Shown: positions 36,925 through 40,199 of the stretch, piece by piece
Layout: each line of letters opens with the position of its first letter
Position numbering within the stretch: position 1 is the stretch's first letter
Source: Octopus bimaculoides
Lineage: Eukaryota
Assembly (NCBI RefSeq): GCF_001194135.2
Contig: NC_068983.1
Location: forward strand, 143,342,538 to 143,382,736
DNA: 40,199 nt
Reading direction: 5' to 3'
Translations under genes and position numbers: made by a program
Notes under the pieces: model-generated
Told to the model about the DNA's origin: nothing
The model's input: only the letters and a program-made list of their open reading frames with translations
Database searches by the model: none

Positions 36925-39920
36925 TACATTAACAAAGCCACAAATTCATTAGAGTATAATCAATCGAAATAGTATACAATAATATACAAACATACTTCCT
37001 CTATGAAATATATAAATAACAAATTTATCTTTCCCTAAAATGCAAGAGAAATAGTTGAGGCTTGATTAAAAATAAGATAGTATGATTTTAAAAGAAACAG
37101 GGTAGCCTGATTAAAATGACTGGAGTTTGATTAAAAGAAATGGGGGATTTCATTAAAAGATATGTTTGATTAAAAGAGACAGAAAACATTTGACCAAATT
37201 ACATAAACTCAAATTCATTCCCAAGATAAATATTTTCATGGTCAATCTCTTTCTTCAGCTCAACTATTTATATTATTTCAATAAGCTTTAAGTTTATAAA
37301 GCAGCTTAGTGAAAATCCTAAGAATGTGTTAAAAATTATCTCTTAAGCCAGCAATTTATTTTTAGGTTTATTTTTTGTTTTTTCATTCAACCAATTGAAA
37401 TAATAGGATTAAGACATTAACATTGTTTTGTACTTTAGGATGTCATAAGAAAAAAAGAGACATGCCAGTACATGAAGCAAATAATATATGAAGAAAGATA
37501 AGTAGATGGATCAATTACATCTCTGACTAGAGTAGATTAAAAGTTTTAAACTAAAAGGAACAGTGAACAAGTAAAAGGAAATATTAAAATAAAGAGCCTC
37601 TAAGCAGTCACTTGGGCTTCCAGAAATGATAACCAACTTTCCATAACAAGCTGATGCAGTTTCCTGAAATTGCCTGAAAATAAGGCAAGAGTTCATGGAA
37701 AAAACATTCGATTGTAGAACTGCTTGATCAGAACTGACCTGGAGCTAAAAAATGTCTCATAAGTTTTAATTATTAAAATTTAACAGTTTTATTCTGAAAG
37801 ATTATATGCTGGAGAGGGGTATCTCATTGTAGTGCTATGGATCCCAACCTTTTCACTATCAAAGATTTGTTATTTAAATGAAATTTTTCTTATAGACCCC
37901 AAGGTTTTGAAAGGTCTGTCTAATCAATATATTGTGTATATTAACTAACAACAAACTAATTTTCCCAGTTTCAGCTCTCAATTCAAAAACATGTAGCTGA
38001 ATAACTATGAAACTGAGTAATTAATTATACATTCTCTCTGCAACCTTTTAAAATTCCAAACAAAATTCAATGGACTCTCAGCTGTCTGCAATTGTCTGCT
38101 TATTCAATGTCTGAATTCTTGCTTGTTAATCTTCCTGAAAGCTGAAGTTAAGTCATGTAGCAATAAGCAGGTGAGGGATATAAATCTGGTACTTGATTAG
38201 CTTCCCTTGACATAGGAACTGAAACCCAGAGTTGATATTACAGTACAGAGGCAGTTAATATGTAGTCAATCAATTCTCTAGAAATAGCTGCCAAATCTTC
38301 AAATCACTTTTATGTCTAAAAAGAGAAAAAGCTTTGATACACTGGATGATGTAGTCCTATTATGCTATGTCTGAAAAATGAAAGATAAGATGGTTCCAAC
38401 TAAAATGCTGGCACCATTTCATCTGATCATCACCTAGTTGATCAAAATTAACCTTAGTCTCAAAAGTAACAATAACTATATATTTGGAGTTAACTAGATT
38501 CAGTAATCAAGAGCTAAATCCATGGAAATAATGCAGTGCCTAGACACAAACAGACTGGTGTATTAACCAGTACCTATCAGTTTGGTCATCTGTTACTGCA
38601 AATACAATTTACATGTTTAAAAGCCTATTTGCTTTTTCAATACATTTTTAATACATTAGGAAACTAAACAAACAAGACAGGAAAGTTGTTTATATCTTCA
38701 AGCAATATATATTTACATCTGAAACCATGTTCATGTTTTGGCATCTACTCAACATCCTAAAAACTGTTTTGCCAATTAATTTATACAAGTTTAATTTTAA
38801 CTTTCAATACATGAAATTAATTATGCATGACACCTTACAATGTGAAACAGATAAACATGTGTGCATGTGTTTAGAAAGGGCCATAAAGAAAATTAAAATG
38901 GAAAATTAGGTTAGTGACATAACTTATGCATAGCTAGGCAATTTTTGGTGGTATCCCAGAATGCTGCAACAACCCAATGAAAAATACTGCATAGCATTAG
39001 GAAATTGTGATGATTCACTTTTGTCAACATTTTACATTTTTTAATGAATGCCTAAGTGATGATATCAGACTAACAAACTAGATTTTGAATATATAAATAT
39101 CGCTGTTGTTTAGGGCAATAAGGTTGAGAAAAAAAAAATTATAAATTAGAAGAAAACAAAAATTAAATCGACTAGTTTTGGGTGGGAAAACTCAGATTAT
39201 GTACTGTTGATAAACTTCATGAATTTAAAAAAAAAACATTATCTAAATACGAAATTGCTATTTTATTTGAAAATATTTTGAATAAATTATAACATTATGT
39301 TGACATTAGGGAGAGAACAGAGATCTGAGTGTAGCAATTTACCATGTTCCGTTATTAGTACTGCAATTTACCTATAGTTAAGAGCAGCACTATTGTGAAA
39401 TTAGTTGATTAACCAGATTACAGTATTGGAATTCTTCTGAAGGACAAAGTAGCTTTGTGATTAACTAGCACCCACTCCAGGAAAGCGGCATATCTCCAAT
39501 CAGTTTGCAACTATGATAATTCTGAGTAAGCATTGGCTCTAAAGATACTTGTAACTAAGCATTGTGAGAACAATACCACAAAAACTAAAATTCCCCTCTA
39601 GAACCAGTAAATAGTTCAGCAGAGATTAGTTGCTAACTTTCTACAAAGCTAAAGTTCTACACTGAATAGTGTCAATCCTCTATAAGGCCCGTATAAGATC
39701 ACATTAGAACATTGATAACCCTCTACAAGGCCATGTAAGATCACAATGGAGTACTGCTGACTCCTAAAAGGCTCAAGTAAAACCCACAATGGAGTAGTTC
39801 TTGCATGTCTGAGATGGTGCAGCTGCAACACATACAAGTACAAAACAAATCTCAAAGCTATTTGATTGAATGCCAAAGATCCACTCAACAGCACACCACA
39901 ATCATTAGTTCTTAGATATT

Positions 39921-40105
39921 TTTCCATATGCTGTTTCCTATCCCTGATTTTATTGCTGCTACAATGGTCTCTGCAACTGAACTAGATGTCTCTAAACACA
40001 CTTTACTCAGTTCCATTAATCTTACTGGTTTCTGTTCTATCTCTCAGTTGAGCAAAGGCCATTGTAGTAGCAATAAAAGCAGAGATAGGAAACAGCATAT
40101 GGAAA
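39921..40105. repeat. foldback inverted repeat, ~60-bp arms and 63-bp spacer
   Basis: Arm 39921-39980 matches the reverse complement of 40044-40105: the first 22 bp are identical, followed by five substitutions and one 2-bp indel. Confidence 0.95.
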
Positions 40106-40111
40106 CACACA

Positions 40112-40199
<88 letters not shown>
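40105..40199. repeat. compound (AC)5(GT)n(AT)n microsatellite
   Basis: Unbroken R/Y alternation to the end of the window. Confidence 1.

Noticed and set aside
37612-37673. Minus-strand exon candidate (xNFRKLHQLVMESWLSFLEAQ, among other frames) and 21143-21179 (RNVIQFVISKCQ)
   Set aside because: The splice signals are good, but all three frames are open in the first and the second does not fit the chain phases; neither can be placed without RNA data.

Overview
This window is AT-rich, CpG-depleted eukaryotic DNA with no prokaryotic features, no long ORF and no recognisable intact gene. It is dominated by dozens of tRNA-derived SINE copies of several families, microsatellites, two LINE 3' remnants (RTE clade, L1/Tx1 clade), a piggyBac-type non-autonomous element spanning a 480-N gap and a Tc1/mariner-type MITE. 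The repeat repertoire strongly suggests an octopus genome, probably intronic or intergenic sequence; this is an inference from recalled repeat families and was not searched. Several short candidate exons exist on both strands. One minus-strand set is phase-compatible and ends in a hydrophobic terminal exon with a poly(A) signal, hinting at an unidentified membrane-protein gene at low confidence. The most notable structures are dsRNA-forming inverted repeats: a young inverted SINE pair, opposing SINE arrays and a ~60-bp foldback. I found no convincing novel biological system.
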